Assembly (NCBI RefSeq): GCF_020745735.1
Contig: NC_083409.1
Location: 19,488,341-19,552,340, forward strand
Origin: Hemiscyllium ocellatum
Taxonomy: Eukaryota
DNA length: 64,000 bases
Reading direction: 5' to 3'
Shown here: one piece after another, positions 12,366 to 25,639 of the stretch
Layout of the letters: every line of letters begins with the position of its first letter
How positions within the stretch are numbered: position 1 is the stretch's first letter
Notes under the pieces: generated by a model
The model's input: the letters and a program-made list of their open reading frames with translations, nothing else
Databases searched by the model: none
Told to the model about the DNA's origin: nothing
Made by a program: the position numbers and the translations under genes

Positions 12366-12788
12366 TCAACCATCGAAGGCTGTCACTTATATTTTCTACC
12401 TGCAGATTAAGCTGCATGTGCAACAGGCCTCATCTGCACAGTATTTTCTCCAGCCTTTCACAATGATATGCGAAAGATACTGGCCCCACAATCAATCTTG
12501 TTGAATGGGGAAGCAGGTTCAAAGGGCCGAGTGGCCTACTTTTTTTCTTTGCCCATATGGTGCCTCATACACCTTCACACAATCGGAGATTGTCGTTTGT
12601 ATTTTCTACCTGCAGATTAAGCTGTTTGTGTAATCGGCCTCATCTGCACAGTGTTTTCTACAGCCTTCCAACGTGACATGCTAAAGATACTGGTCCTATA
12701 ATCAATCCATTTACTCTCTGAGTTGGTTTACTTAAAACAATAAAACACATTACAAGTCATGAAACAAACATTACAGCAAGCAATAATA

Positions 12789-13115
12789 GGCAACACAAAG
12801 CCTCAGTAATTAACACTACTGCCTCACAACACGAGGGATCCACCTCAGGCAGGTCTGTGTGGAGTCTGCACATTCTCCCTATGTCTGTGTGGGCTTCCCT
12901 CGCGTGCTCTGCTTTCCTCCCACAGTCCAAAGATCTGCAGACTGGTAAATTGGCCGTGCTAAATTGCCCAGAGTGTACAGGGATGTGCAGGCTCGGTGGA
13001 GTAGCCATTGAAAAATACAGAGATAGGATAGGGGTCTTGGTGGAATGACCTTCAGAGTGGCAGTGTGGACTCAACGGGCTGAATGGCCTATTTCAACACT
13101 ATAGGGATTCTGTGA
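12789..13115 (+). mobile_element. Old HE1-like SINE
   Basis: Degenerate head, conserved body GTCTGTGTGGAGTCTGCACATTCTCCC. Confidence 0.75.
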
Positions 13116-13624
13116 TACAAATGTAAGTTCCTTCTTTCCATTCTAGCCCTGAAGCATGCATGTGGTTCTGTCTCATATCCACTCAAGAGATGGCAACCCG
13201 CTGAAGACAGGAGCAGCCTCTATTTTTTTGGAAAGTACTTTTCCACTCTGTGTCCTTCACAGCCTTGTAGACAGCAACAATGAGATCGGGAAATAATCCA
13301 AAGCTATAATCTTCTGGACTCTTCATTAAACTGTGGAACCTGAAAAGCACAATTAAGGCCCAAGTCAATGAAGATATTTCTCAGCACGCCCCAGGAGTCA
13401 AAATAACTGAGTAGATCATTGCTCTGAATTGTTCATAAATTGCACCTTCACATTTCTGGAGGCTTTGATCAAAAAGGTTGCTTACTCCTCTCCAAAATAC
13501 AGCTTAAAATCAGGTCCAACTCCCAACCATCCAGCTGAGAGCGGAGCCCTGTACAAACTTGAACCTGGTCAGTGGGAGCACTGTCACCTCTGTCTCAGAA
13601 GCTTTGGGGAGTCTATTTTGATCA

Positions 13625-14135
13625 TAGAGTCCTTCAGCACTGGAGGCTGTTCAGAGGATGTTCCCCAGACTGATCCCAGGGATGAAAGGGCTGTCCTACG
13701 AGGAGCAGTTAAAGAGCTTGGGCTTGTACTCACTGGAGTTCAAAAGAATGAGGAGGGATCTGATTGAGGGATAGAAAATGTGAAAGGGGATTGATAAGGT
13801 GGATGTTGAATAGATGCTCCCCCTTGTGGGACAGTCTGGAACAAGAGGTCATCGATATCGAGTGAGAGGAGGTAGGTTCAAAACTGAGAGGAGGAGAAAC
13901 TACTTCTCCCAGAGGGTTGTGAATCTGTGAAACACAATGCCCCAGAGTGCAGTGGAGGCAGAATCAATCAACAGGTTCAAGAACGATGTGTTTCTGATGA
14001 AAAGTGAGATAAAGAGCGATGGGGAGCAGGCAGGAGAGTGGAGTTGAGACCAGGATAAGATCAGCCATGGTCCTGTTAAATGGCGGAGTAGGCTCGAAGG
14101 ACTGAATTGCCTCCTCCCACTCCTAATTCCTATGT
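13625..14135 (+). mobile_element. CR1 3' fragment
   Basis: LSYEEQLK.LGLYSLEF.RMR.DLIE motif and CR1 3' UTR hairpin region. Confidence 0.8.
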
Positions 14136-14499
14136 TGAACACACAGTCAAGGCTGACACTGCAAAACTGAGGGAGCTGTTGTCTTTCAGGTGAGATACAA
14201 AACAGAGATCCTGCCACAATCTATCGAACTGTACTATCTCCCCCAGTGACAAATGCTGGAATTTGAATTCAAATCACAAAGCAAGCCTCATTAATGGTGA
14301 CCACGATAATGATCCCTGAATGCTGTCCAGCCTCAGCCTTACCCAGTCTGGACTTCATGTGTCTCCAGCCCCACAGCAATCTGGTTAACTCTTAGGTGCC
14401 TTTTGAGAGGCCACAGCAAGGCCAGCAGTTCAAGGGCAATTAGTCTTGGGTAAGAAATGCTGATCTATGCCAGTGACACCCACCTCCCAGAAAACAGAA

Positions 14500-15640
14500 T
14501 GCAACAGAGATTGATGTCAGCCAAAATTGTCAGATCAGACTCCCAATGAGATGGGGAGATGGTTAAAAATGAATTCAGCTCAGTACGGAACAGATTCCCA
14601 CTTGTTTACACATTATTGCTGACAAAATAAGTGAGAGAAAACAGAAAACGAAAGGTGAGAACACTCACATGTGGGAATATCAATGAAAATTCAGGCAACT
14701 GAAGGAAGACATGAAGAACTGCAAAGGAAGACAAAAAGGAAGCGAGTTACAGAAAAGTGATGGAGAAAGAGACCTGCAAGGGGTCACAAGAATAATACAA
14801 ATGTTTTACTTGAAAATTAGAAAACCAAGGGGGCTCCAGTGCAATGTGAGACCTTTAAAAACAAACTGGGAATTCCATGAATGAGCCTAAGGGAATGGCT
14901 GATATGTACAATAATTAGATGTGTCAGTCTTCATAGTCAACGAATGACATAATGCAGCTTATATTCCAGGGAGGTCCTGCCACAATTGAAGACTGGAATT
15001 TGCAAAACTTGATACATGCCAGAAAACAGCATTGGAAAGCGAGCAGCTCTAAAGGCCGACAGATCTTCAGGACCTCAGGGGTTTAAAGGAAGGGGGAGGA
15101 GGTGGGGGGGAAGTTTCAGAGGCTTTTCCCATCAGGTTCCAAAGCAGCAACCACTCCTTTAGTTTGGAAAATATCCTGCTGTAACTCCAGAGGTTCAAGA
15201 AAGATGAGAGCGGGAACTGTGGAAATTACATTCTGGTCAATCTAACATCTCTTTTGAGGTTTCCATTGGAATCTATAATTAACCGCCGAGAGAATGAACA
15301 TGTAGAGAATTGGAAATAGCCCACATAGATTTGTGATGGCTGGGTTCTGACTAATGAACCAAATGCATAAACTAAATAGTCGATAGGGCAGCAAGTTCGG
15401 AAGTACTCGATAATTTCCCACAAAACAGTCTGCTGATCAAAGTTAAAACCCATGGGATTGAAGATGAATGTTTGACTTGGTTTGGAGGCTGGTTTAGTGA
15501 CAGACAACAGGGAAAGAAAGTGACAAGTGGTGTTCCACAAGAATTCTGTGGTGAGGCCTTAACTACTTACTGTATGTATGAATGAGAATCATAGTTTCAC
15601 ATTGACACAAAGACTGATGGAATAGTAAGCAGTGCAGATG
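14500..15640 (+). mobile_element. Highly decayed CR1 ORF2 remnant
   Basis: Residual KGSCLTN..., KVKTHGIE... and SGVPQ-like motifs across frames. Confidence 0.55.
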
Positions 15641-15739
15641 GTCTTTTTTGTTTAAAACTCACTCTGAGGACATGGGTGTTGCTATCTGGGCCAGCGTTTA
15701 TTACACATTCTGTGTTGTCCTTGTGAATCATGGAATCAT

Positions 15740-17745
15740 CATACAGTGTAGAAGTTGGTCATTCAGCCCATCAAATCCACACCAACCCACAAAACAGCAT
15801 CCCATTTGGACTGACTCCATTCCTGTACTGCAGCATTTCCTATGGCCAACTCACCCGTCAACACTATGTGCAATTTAGCATGACTAATCCACGTAAACAA
15901 CATATCTATGGACTGTGTGGAAGAAGCCCACACAGACATGGTGAAAATGTGCAACCTCCACACAGACAGTTGTCCTAGCGTAGATTTGAACCCAGGTCTC
16001 TGGTGTTGGGAGGTAGCAGCACAAACCACTGACCCAGAATTCTGCCTTTTGCAAGCAGGTGGTGAGCTGCCTTCTTTAACCACTGCAGACCATGTGCTGT
16101 AGATAAACCCACAATGCTCTTCGGGAGGGAATTTCAGGATTTTAATCCAGTGACACTGGAGGAACAGTAAAATATTTTCAAATCAAGATTCTATGTGGAG
16201 AGGAACTTGTTTTTGGTCGTGTTCTGTGTCCTTCTACATGGAAATGATGTGGGTTTGGAAGGTACTGTCTCAAGAGACTTGGTGTGAATTCCTGCAGTGC
16301 ACCTTGTAGATGGTGCACACTGCTGTTACTGTGCATCAGTGGTGGAGGGAGTGGATGTTCATTGATGTGGTGCCAATCAAGCAGGCTGTTTTGTACTGGA
16401 AGATATCAAGCTTCTTGATTGTTTTTGGAGCTGCACCCATCCAGGCAAGTGGGGAGTAACCCATCACAGTCCTATCCAAAACTTGACTGATCTTTTCTTA
16501 ATTCATTTACTGGATCGGGCATCACTTGCTATGTCAGCATTCATTGCCCAGAATCAAGTGGGGTGGTACAGCACTGGGACCAAGGTTTAATTCCACCCTC
16601 GGGCAACTGACTGTGTGGAGTTTGCACGTTCTCCCTGTGTCTGCCTGGGTTCCCTCCCGGTGATCTGGTTTCCTCCCACAGTCCACAAACGTGATGATTA
16701 GGTGGAATGGTCATGGGAAATGCAAGGTTATAGGGGAGTGGGTCTGGTTGAGATGTTCTTTGGAGAAGCGGTTTGGGCTGATTGGCCTACTTCCACATTG
16801 TAGGGATACTATGAATTTCTTCACTCAGAGGGTTTTGAATCTTTGGGATAATCATCGATACTTAGGCATTTGAATAAATTCAAGATAGAGATAATACACA
16901 TGTGGGGAGGCAATGAGTTAATGGTATCATCATTAGATTCTTAATCACAAGAGCCAAGTAATGTTCTGGGGGATCTGGGATCATCGCGGGGCAGCATGGT
17001 GGTACAGTGGTTAGCACTGCTGCCTCACAGCACCAGAATCCCAGGTTCGACTTTAGCCTCGGGTGACTGCCTTTTATGGAGTTTGCACATTCTCCCTGTG
17101 TCTGCATGGGTTTCCTCCGGGTGCTCCGGTCTCCCCCACAATCCAAAGATGTGCAGGTTAGGTGAATTGGTCACGCTAAACTGTCACTAGTCAGGGTTGA
17201 ATATGGGGAATGAGTCTGGGTGGGTTACTCTTCGGAGGGTCGGTGTGCATTTGTTCGACAGAAGGGCCTGTTTACATACTGCAGGGAATCTAATCTAAAT
17301 CCTGGCAATGTGTGGAGTGGAATTTTAAATCCAAAAAGACTCTGGAGTTAAGAGTCTAATGACGACCATTGTTGGGGGAGAACCCCATCGGGCCCACTAA
17401 TATCCATCAGATTGCTGTCCTTGCCCATACTGACTGACATATGACTCCAGATCCACAGCAACATAGAATCATAGAATCCCTACTGTGTGGAAGAAGGCCA
17501 TTCAGCCCATCAAGTACAAGCAGCATCTCACCCAGAACCAGCCCCCTCTCCTAACCTTACACTTCCATGGCCAATCCAACTAACCTGCACATCTCTGGAC
17601 TGAGAGAGGAAACTGAGGCACCCGGAGGAAACCCATTCAGACACAGGGAGGACATACACATTCAACACAGACAGTTGTCTGAAGGTGGAATCAAACCCAG
17701 GACCCTGGCGCTGTGAGGTAGTGACACCAGCCACTGTGACACCCA
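15740..17745. mobile_element. Cluster of four HE1-like SINEs (~15740-16030 minus, ~16565-16810 plus, 16988-17300 plus, ~17470-17745 minus) nested in older repeats
   Basis: Each shows the HE1 head/body; 16988-17300 ends in a CTAAT tail. Confidence 0.8.
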
Positions 17746-19899
17746 TTCCTCATCTCTGATCAAAATGTCTAACCCCTTATTCCCAGACTGGGGCTCTGCT
17801 TTAGAATCCCCAGGTAGGGGTTCATCCTTTCAATATCTACCCTGTCAAGGCCCTGGAGAATTTTAAATGTTTCAGTGAAATCTCATCCCAGCCTTCTGAA
17901 TTCTAGGGAATCCTGACCCAGTCCCCTCTCTCAATCATTAGACAATTCCTCAGCCGGTCACATGAACTGTGGCAAGGTTTGATCATCTCAGTAAGAGTTT
18001 CAAGGAGGGAAGGAGAAAGAAAGACTCTTTCTGCTTTGAATCGATGCTAAAAACTGAAAAAGCAGGAAAATATTGTCACTAAGTATTGTTCACATATTCT
18101 TACTTTTCATCAAAGTGCTGGATGAGGTTTCTCATGAATTTCAGGAGGTCACTGGTGGTGTCCTTCTATTCTTTATTCCTGCCTTGTCTCTTGTTCATGT
18201 CCGTTGAGGAGAACGGAGTCAACCGAGAAGGAAATGAATAGCAGAGTTTGTTTTCTCTGTTGATTATGTTAACCTTGCTTGCTCCTCTGATCACCTGAAG
18301 AAAGGGCGAGGCTCTGAAAGATTATGTTTTCTAATAAACGTGTTGGACTATAATCTGGTGTCGCATGATTTTTGACCTTGTCTTCTGATCACATTTAGGT
18401 TATTCCCACGAGCACTGCATGTTCTTGCTTCTCCAGGTCAGCAGCTGGCGATCTTGACAATGGATTTGACAATGGTCTCCATCAGAGAGGAACCACAAAT
18501 CAGGGACAGAGACCAGAGATTACAGGCCCCGCTCTTGCTCCTCAGTCCCAGACCCGAGCACAACGGGCCCCCTGGCATCCCAGGTACCGGTTGTTACGTC
18601 CCGGACCCTGTATATAATGCAATGGTGCAACTGATCCTTCTGATTTTTCCCAACCTCACCAGGTCTCCACAATCATTGAGATTCGTTAAATGCAGCCTTT
18701 GCCAATGAAGGACCCTGATTGATGGGAAACAGACTGAAATGGGTAAATAATAAAGTATTGGGGAGTTACAGACACAGTTTCCCAAGTGGAAATCTGATGC
18801 TATGGCTCTAACAGAGATCGGGAGGGACTGGGGAGTCCTGAATACAAAGTAAATATAGGAAAGAGGGAAAACTGCGAGAAGTGGTGGGATTGTTCTAGGC
18901 CCAGACAGGACTGACCAACCTTAGGCTCTGAGATATGATGGAGATGAAGAGTGAACTGTGCCGGGCTTTAACTCACTGTTACCAGAGTAAAACAGGAATT
19001 ATCCATTTCACAAGAGAGTAAATGGAACTAACATACCAGGTGCATGTGAAACACCCACCCCATCTCTGAGAGAGGGGGACAAGAACAGGGACATTCTCAG
19101 ACAGAAAGTATCACCCCGAGAGTGAAGGGTGGGGTGGGGATAGTGGCAGCGACATGCGCCCCCGCCCCCCCCAGAGAGTGGGGAAGGTAACACCGACACA
19201 TTTAAAACTGTATTATCACAAGCGAGAATTCAAACAGACACCCACTCTATCATACGGTGTTGAAGATGCACTGTCCTCATCAAAACACGTTTGCAAACCT
19301 CTTCACAACACGTAAGGGGAGAGAAACATTGAAAACTGTATTATCACGAGTAAGGGTCCATTTAAATCTTAGACCATGATGTTAAATGTTCCGAGCCGTA
19401 AACAACACTGGTGTATTGATGTCATTCCCTTATTAAACATTATTAAAACCTCTGTCAAACATTTTCCTGCAGGCAGTGTATTTAAAATATCAAGAGGCTT
19501 TCCCCATTGTTGGTTTGATCAGTGATGTAGCAAGGAAGCAGCAGCTGCCCCATGAACTCCAATAAAAGAATGAGAACAGGCTCTTCATACGGAGCTGGCT
19601 CCCGAGAATCCAATTCAACAGCAGGGACCAAAGAACAAGGAACAATAGATGTGTGAGGCAATAGATAAAAGAGATGTTTGAGGCAAGTATTTCACACAAA
19701 AGGAGTTGAGTACCTGGTACACACTGCCAGAGAAAGGAGTGGAAGCAGACACAATAGAAGTATTCAAGAAATACCTGCTCTAATGCATGAATAGGAAGGG
19801 AATAGAGGAATATGAATCCTGTAGGTGAAAACAGTTTCAATATGGAAGTGCAAAATGTGTCAGCACAGGCTTGGAGGGCCGAAGGGCCTGTTCCTGTGT

Positions 19900-20740
19900 T
19901 GTATTAAATTCCCCCGCCCCTTGAACCTCTGTTCCCCAATAATTGACCCCTCCACCCTGGGGAAAAAAAGCCTCATATTCTCCACTCTACATATCCCATT
20001 CACAACTTTATAAACTTCTATCAGGACACGCCTCATTTTTCCACATTCCAGTGAAAACAAACCCAGTCTATCAAACCTTTCTTCAGGACTACTATCCGCC
20101 ATACCAGACAATATCCTGGTAAACATTTTCTGCACCGTCTTCAAAGCATCCATATCCTTCTGGTAGTGTGGTGACCAGAACTGTGCGCAATATTCCAAGT
20201 GTGGCCTAACTAAAGGTCGATAAAGCTGCAGCATAACTTGTCTATCCTTATACGCAATGCCCCTTCCAATGAAGGCAAGCAGGCCATAAGTCTTTTTTAC
20301 TGCCTTACCTCCCTGTGCTGCCACCTTCAGTGATCTGTGGACATACACACCCAGATCCCTCTGCATATCAATACTCCAAAGGATTCTGCCATTCACTGTA
20401 TAATTCCCACCTGTCCATCACTTTTCAGAATGCATCACCTCACATTTGGCTGGATTAAACTACATCTGCCATTTTTTTTGTCAATGCATCCAACTGATAT
20501 AATATCCTGCTGTATCTTCTGACAATCCTTCTCATTATCTGCAACTCTACCAATCTTTGTATCAACCATAAACTTACTAATTAGACCAGCTACGCTTTGC
20601 TCCAAATCATTTATGGAGATCATGAACAGGAGAGTTCCCACCACTGAATCCTGTGGAATATCACTAGTCACAGCCCTCCATTCTGAAAACCATTCTTCCA
20701 TCGCTACCCTTTGTCACCTGTGACTAACCAAGTTCTGTAT
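19900..20740 (-). mobile_element. CR1 RT fragment
   Basis: Minus ORFs contain WRAVTSDIPQDSVVGTLLFMISINDL, SKFMVDTK (YADD-region) and LYRPLVRPHLEYCAQFWSP. Confidence 0.88.
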
Positions 20741-22594
20741 CCAATGCTGGGAACATTCTTGACAAGACACCTTGTTGCCAGCTCGTTAAAGCAACTTGAT
20801 CCAGTTTATTCAGAAAGACAAAAAGGACAATGTGAAGATTGTTGAACAGGCCCCTACACCTGGGCCTGAGGCAGGAGCCCAATCTCCAACACACTGGCCT
20901 CACTTCACACCAACCTTCACACAGTGCAGCGTCATGAACTCCGGCCATCAATTCCTCTGGGACCGGGACGGAGTGAGGGAACAGGAACAATTGTAGAACA
21001 GGCAATGAGGAGTAAAGCAAGATGGACAGGGTGTTTTGGAAAGTGTTTAATGGAGGAAACATACTTTGTGATACTCAGTATTGACATAGTCTACGTGTAG
21101 GAGGAGAAGGTGAGGACTGCAGATGCTGGAGATTAGAGCTGAAAATGTGTTGCTGGAAAAGCGCAGCAGCTCAGGCAGCATCCAAGGAACAGGAGAATCT
21201 ATGTTTCGGTCATGAGACCTTCTTCAGGAATTTACATGTATCACAGAATGAAAAATTAGCACAATCTGAAGACAATTAAAGTCACATCAATGTTTTTCTT
21301 TTTGATACATTTTCATTGTAGTATTCTGATTTAAGAGCTGTCCTCTCTAAGATTGAGCCGGTTGGATCCTCGCAGACCCCCAGTTATTTGTACTGTTCAG
21401 TAATGTGGGGATACCGATGGTGGAATGGGGAACACCTGACGAAGGAGCAGTGCTTCGAAAACTTGTGATTTCAAATGAACACCTTGAGCTGGAGCCTGGT
21501 GTTGTGTGCCTTCTGACTTTGTATTGTGCGGGCACAGTGAAACAGCTGCCTTCCAGTAGCTATAGAGTACTTGCAATGCAGCTGAGGAGTATGGGTAATG
21601 ACTCCTTCCATTAGCCGTGAACAAACCCGCAGTCATTCCAGTGGATTCCAGTGGAAATGACCTTTCAGTTACTTCCCAGGTATTACATGGTTCACCATCG
21701 CCATCTCCAGGATAATTTGGGAAGAGCAAGAACTAACCGACACGTCACGCCCGCCCTATCCCAGGAGAAATCAAAATAAATGGTATACAATTCAAATGAT
21801 CAAACTGGTGAAGCTTGAATTCATCTCTTAGAAAGACTGGAGCCTTGCCCGAAACAGGGCCTTGAAATGGGTGAACCTGGTTTGTCAGACTGCAAGGTGG
21901 AGTGTCCTTCGGATTAGCAGTGGGATCAGCAAAAAAAATCGTACGCAAAGATCTAACAAACAGCCATCAAAGCGTGCCCCAAAGTGCAAATATCAGTATT
22001 TGAAGCTCCACGTCTCCATCTCTATCCTTGCTTATTGCTCTTCCCAAATTGTTCTGCAGAGGGCGGTAATGAGCCATGAGTGTCTCGAAGAGGATCTGAC
22101 AGAGGGACAAGGTCATGTCCTCGGCCTGAGCGCAACTGCCTGACCTGCTGTGCTTTTCCAGAGCCACACTTTTCGACTCCAAGCACAACTATCCCTCAGG
22201 AGAATGAGGTGTGGCGCAAGAGGAAACGTGGAGTGTTGGAAAGGCACCGCAGCCTGGTCAGCCTGCAGAGGGGCAGAAACAGATTTGATGAATGAGCTGA
22301 TATCCTCCCCGAGCTGAGATGCAGACTCAGGCTTTCAGAGCCACACAGTTTACATTGTTACTAACCGTGGCTCCATGGGCAATGCTCCTGCTCATCGTGC
22401 AAAATGGTCATTGGATTGAAAGCCACCTCAGAAATGAGAGCACAGAATCCAGGCTGAGACTGTGTGCACTGCTGAAAGTTGCACAGTCCCTGGCTCCATC
22501 ATTTGAGACTCCACACACCACCACACCCCGGACCATCCCCACCCCACCTCAGGGGACTTGACAAGATCCCATTCTGAAGAGGTTCACTCGGGGG

Positions 22595-23094
22595 NNNNNN
22601 NNNNNNNNNNNNNNNNNNNNNNNNNNNNNNNNNNNNNNNNNNNNNNNNNNNNNNNNNNNNNNNNNNNNNNNNNNNNNNNNNNNNNNNNNNNNNNNNNNNN
22701 NNNNNNNNNNNNNNNNNNNNNNNNNNNNNNNNNNNNNNNNNNNNNNNNNNNNNNNNNNNNNNNNNNNNNNNNNNNNNNNNNNNNNNNNNNNNNNNNNNNN
22801 NNNNNNNNNNNNNNNNNNNNNNNNNNNNNNNNNNNNNNNNNNNNNNNNNNNNNNNNNNNNNNNNNNNNNNNNNNNNNNNNNNNNNNNNNNNNNNNNNNNN
22901 NNNNNNNNNNNNNNNNNNNNNNNNNNNNNNNNNNNNNNNNNNNNNNNNNNNNNNNNNNNNNNNNNNNNNNNNNNNNNNNNNNNNNNNNNNNNNNNNNNNN
23001 NNNNNNNNNNNNNNNNNNNNNNNNNNNNNNNNNNNNNNNNNNNNNNNNNNNNNNNNNNNNNNNNNNNNNNNNNNNNNNNNNNNNNNNNNNNNNN
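22595..23094. other. Assembly gap (500 N)
   Basis: Exactly 500 N, a fixed-size scaffolding placeholder. Confidence 0.99.
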
Positions 23095-24330
23095 AACCAC
23101 CCCATTATTCTTACTGATAACTGAAATCTCCTTAAAAAATCTATTTCTCAATTTCCCGCTGACTACTGGAGGGGGGCTATAATATAATCCCAAGAAGGTG
23201 ATTATCCCTTCTTTTTCTCAGTTCCACCCAAATAACTTCCCTGGATGTATTTCTGGGAATATCCTCCCTAAGTACTGCTGTAATGCTATCCCTTATCAAA
23301 AATGCCACTCCCTCCTCTCTTGCCTCCCTTTCTGTCCTTCCCGTAGCATTTGTATCCTAGAACATGAAACAGCCAGTCCTGTCTATCCCCGAGCCATGTT
23401 TCTGTAATTGCTATGCTATCCCAGTCCCATGTTCCTAACCGCGCCCTATGTTCATCTTCCTTCCCTGTTAGGCCTCTTGCACTGAAATAAATGCAGTTTA
23501 ATTTATCAGTCTTACCTTGTTCTCTGCTTTGTCCCTGCCTGCCCTGACTGTTTGACTTGCCTTTGTTCTCAACTGTACCAATCTTAGATTGAAATCTTTC
23601 CTCACTATCTCCCTGGGTCCCTCCCACCCATCTTACTAGTTTAAATCCTGCCGAGCAGCTCTAGCAAATCTCCCTGCCAGTATATTAGTCCCCTTCCAAT
23701 TTAGATGCAATCTGTCCTTCTTGTACAGGTCACTTCTACCTCAAAACAGCTTCCAAAGATCCAAAAATGTGAATCCTTCTCCCATACACCAGCTCCTTAG
23801 CCATGCATTCATCTGCTCTATCCTCCTATTCCTGCCCTCACTAGCTCATAGCACTGGGGGTAATTTAGATATTACTACTCTCGAGGATCTCCTTTTTAAA
23901 TTCCTGCCTAACTCTCTGCAATCTCCCTTCAGAATCTCAACCTTTTCCCTTCCTATGTCGTTGGTTCCAAAGTGTACAATGGCCTCCTGCTGGTCCCTCT
24001 CCACCTTAAGAACATTCTGCACCTTCCCTGAGACATCCTTGATCCTGGCACCAGGGAAGCAACACACCATTCTGATTTTTCACTGCTGGCCACAGAAACG
24101 TCTTCTGTTCCTCGGGCTCGAGAGTCCCCTAACACAGTCGATCATTTGGAACCCGACGTACGTCCCATTACATTAGAGCCAGTGTCAATACCAGGAACTT
24201 GGCTGCTCATGCTCAGTACCCCTGAGTTTCCATCACTCCCTACATTTTCCAAAGCAGCATACTTGTTTGAAATGGGAATAGCCACAGAAGACACCTGCAC
24301 CTCTCTGGCCTTTCCTGAAGTTATGGTCAG
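23095..24330 (-). mobile_element. CR1 element ORF1 (SGNH esterase domain) and start of the ORF2 endonuclease
   Basis: VCCFPGARIKDVS...IVHFGTNDIGR...RSSRVVISKL (esterase) and LNCIYFSARGLT...IAITETWL (APE endonuclease start). Confidence 0.85.
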
Positions 24331-25639
24331 AGCCCATGGGATCCAAGGCATTTTGGCAAATTGGATCCAAATATGAGGCAAGAGTGATGGTGGAGGGTTG
24401 TCTTTGTGATTGGAAGCCTGTGACCAGTGGTTTTAGGCAGGGATTGGGGCTGGGACCCTTGCTGTTTGTAATGTACATTAACAAATTGACTGTGATTGTA
24501 TAATTAGAAAGTTTTCAGAGGCCACATAAATTGGTGGTGTTATTGATATTGATTTGATTTTTATTTTAGTTTATTGTCACATGTACTCGAGTGCAAAAGT
24601 ATTGGAGTACAGTGAAAAGTGTGTAACGTCACCTCACAAGGTGCCATCTTAGGTACAAGGACCTCAGTACAGAATCGTAAGAACAAGGTAGAAAGAAAGA
24701 ATAAAGTTCAAAGTTACACGTTGCAGATCTTTTTAGTTTTAAGTAGAAAATGAAGAAATAAAGCTGAAAGTTCAAGAATTATAGCCTTTCTTTAGAACTT
24801 AGCAACCATGGGATCATACTTTAAGTAATCATCTCGAGTCCAGAAGTCCTGGCTGAGGCCTTCCCTGGTGGAGAGGCCACCATATACAGAAAGGACCACT
24901 ATGTGGGCTGAGAGACACCCACTCTGGGCCACTCAGAAATCGCTACACTAGGCCGAGTGACCATCGCGCTGGGCTGACAGTCTAGCATGCTGGGCTGAGA
25001 GGCCACCACATTGAACTGAGAGGCCATCATGTTGGACCAAGAGTCTGTCTTGTTGGGCTGGAAGATCTCCCTGCCAGGCCAGGACACTGCCACACCAAGC
25101 CAGGAGGCCACATCATTAGGTCTGCACTTGGTCAGAGGCCTGGCGACTGAGGCTGGGAGTCGGTGCCCAGGAGAAGAAATAAGGGAGAAGAACAAAAGAA
25201 AAACACAAAAGAAAAGGAAAAGAGAAGTGGAATAGAAAGAAGAAAAGGAAACAGACGAAGCAGATGAACTCGGGCTGAAGCATCCTACTCTGCTGCCATC
25301 TTGGATTACCGGGTCTCAGGCTACAGTCTGATATTGGTCAGCTGGTAACTTGGGCAGAGCAATGGCAGATGTAATTTAATCCTGATACCTCTGAGGTGAT
25401 CTAACTTGGGAGGTCTAATAAGGGAAGGATATACACAATGAAAGGCATGTGCCTTGAGTATCCTTATGCATGAATCACAGAGGGTTGGTTACAGGTACAA
25501 CAAACAATTAGGAAGGCAAATGGAATTTTGTCCTTCATTGCTAAAGGGATTGAGTTTAAAAAGCGGGAAGGTTATGTTGCAGCTGTACAGGGTGTTGGTG
25601 AGGCCACACCTGGAGTACTGCGGGGGGGGGGGGTAGGTG

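Noticed and set aside
22549-23193. Long ORFs spanning the N run
   Set aside because: Artefacts of translating the assembly gap.
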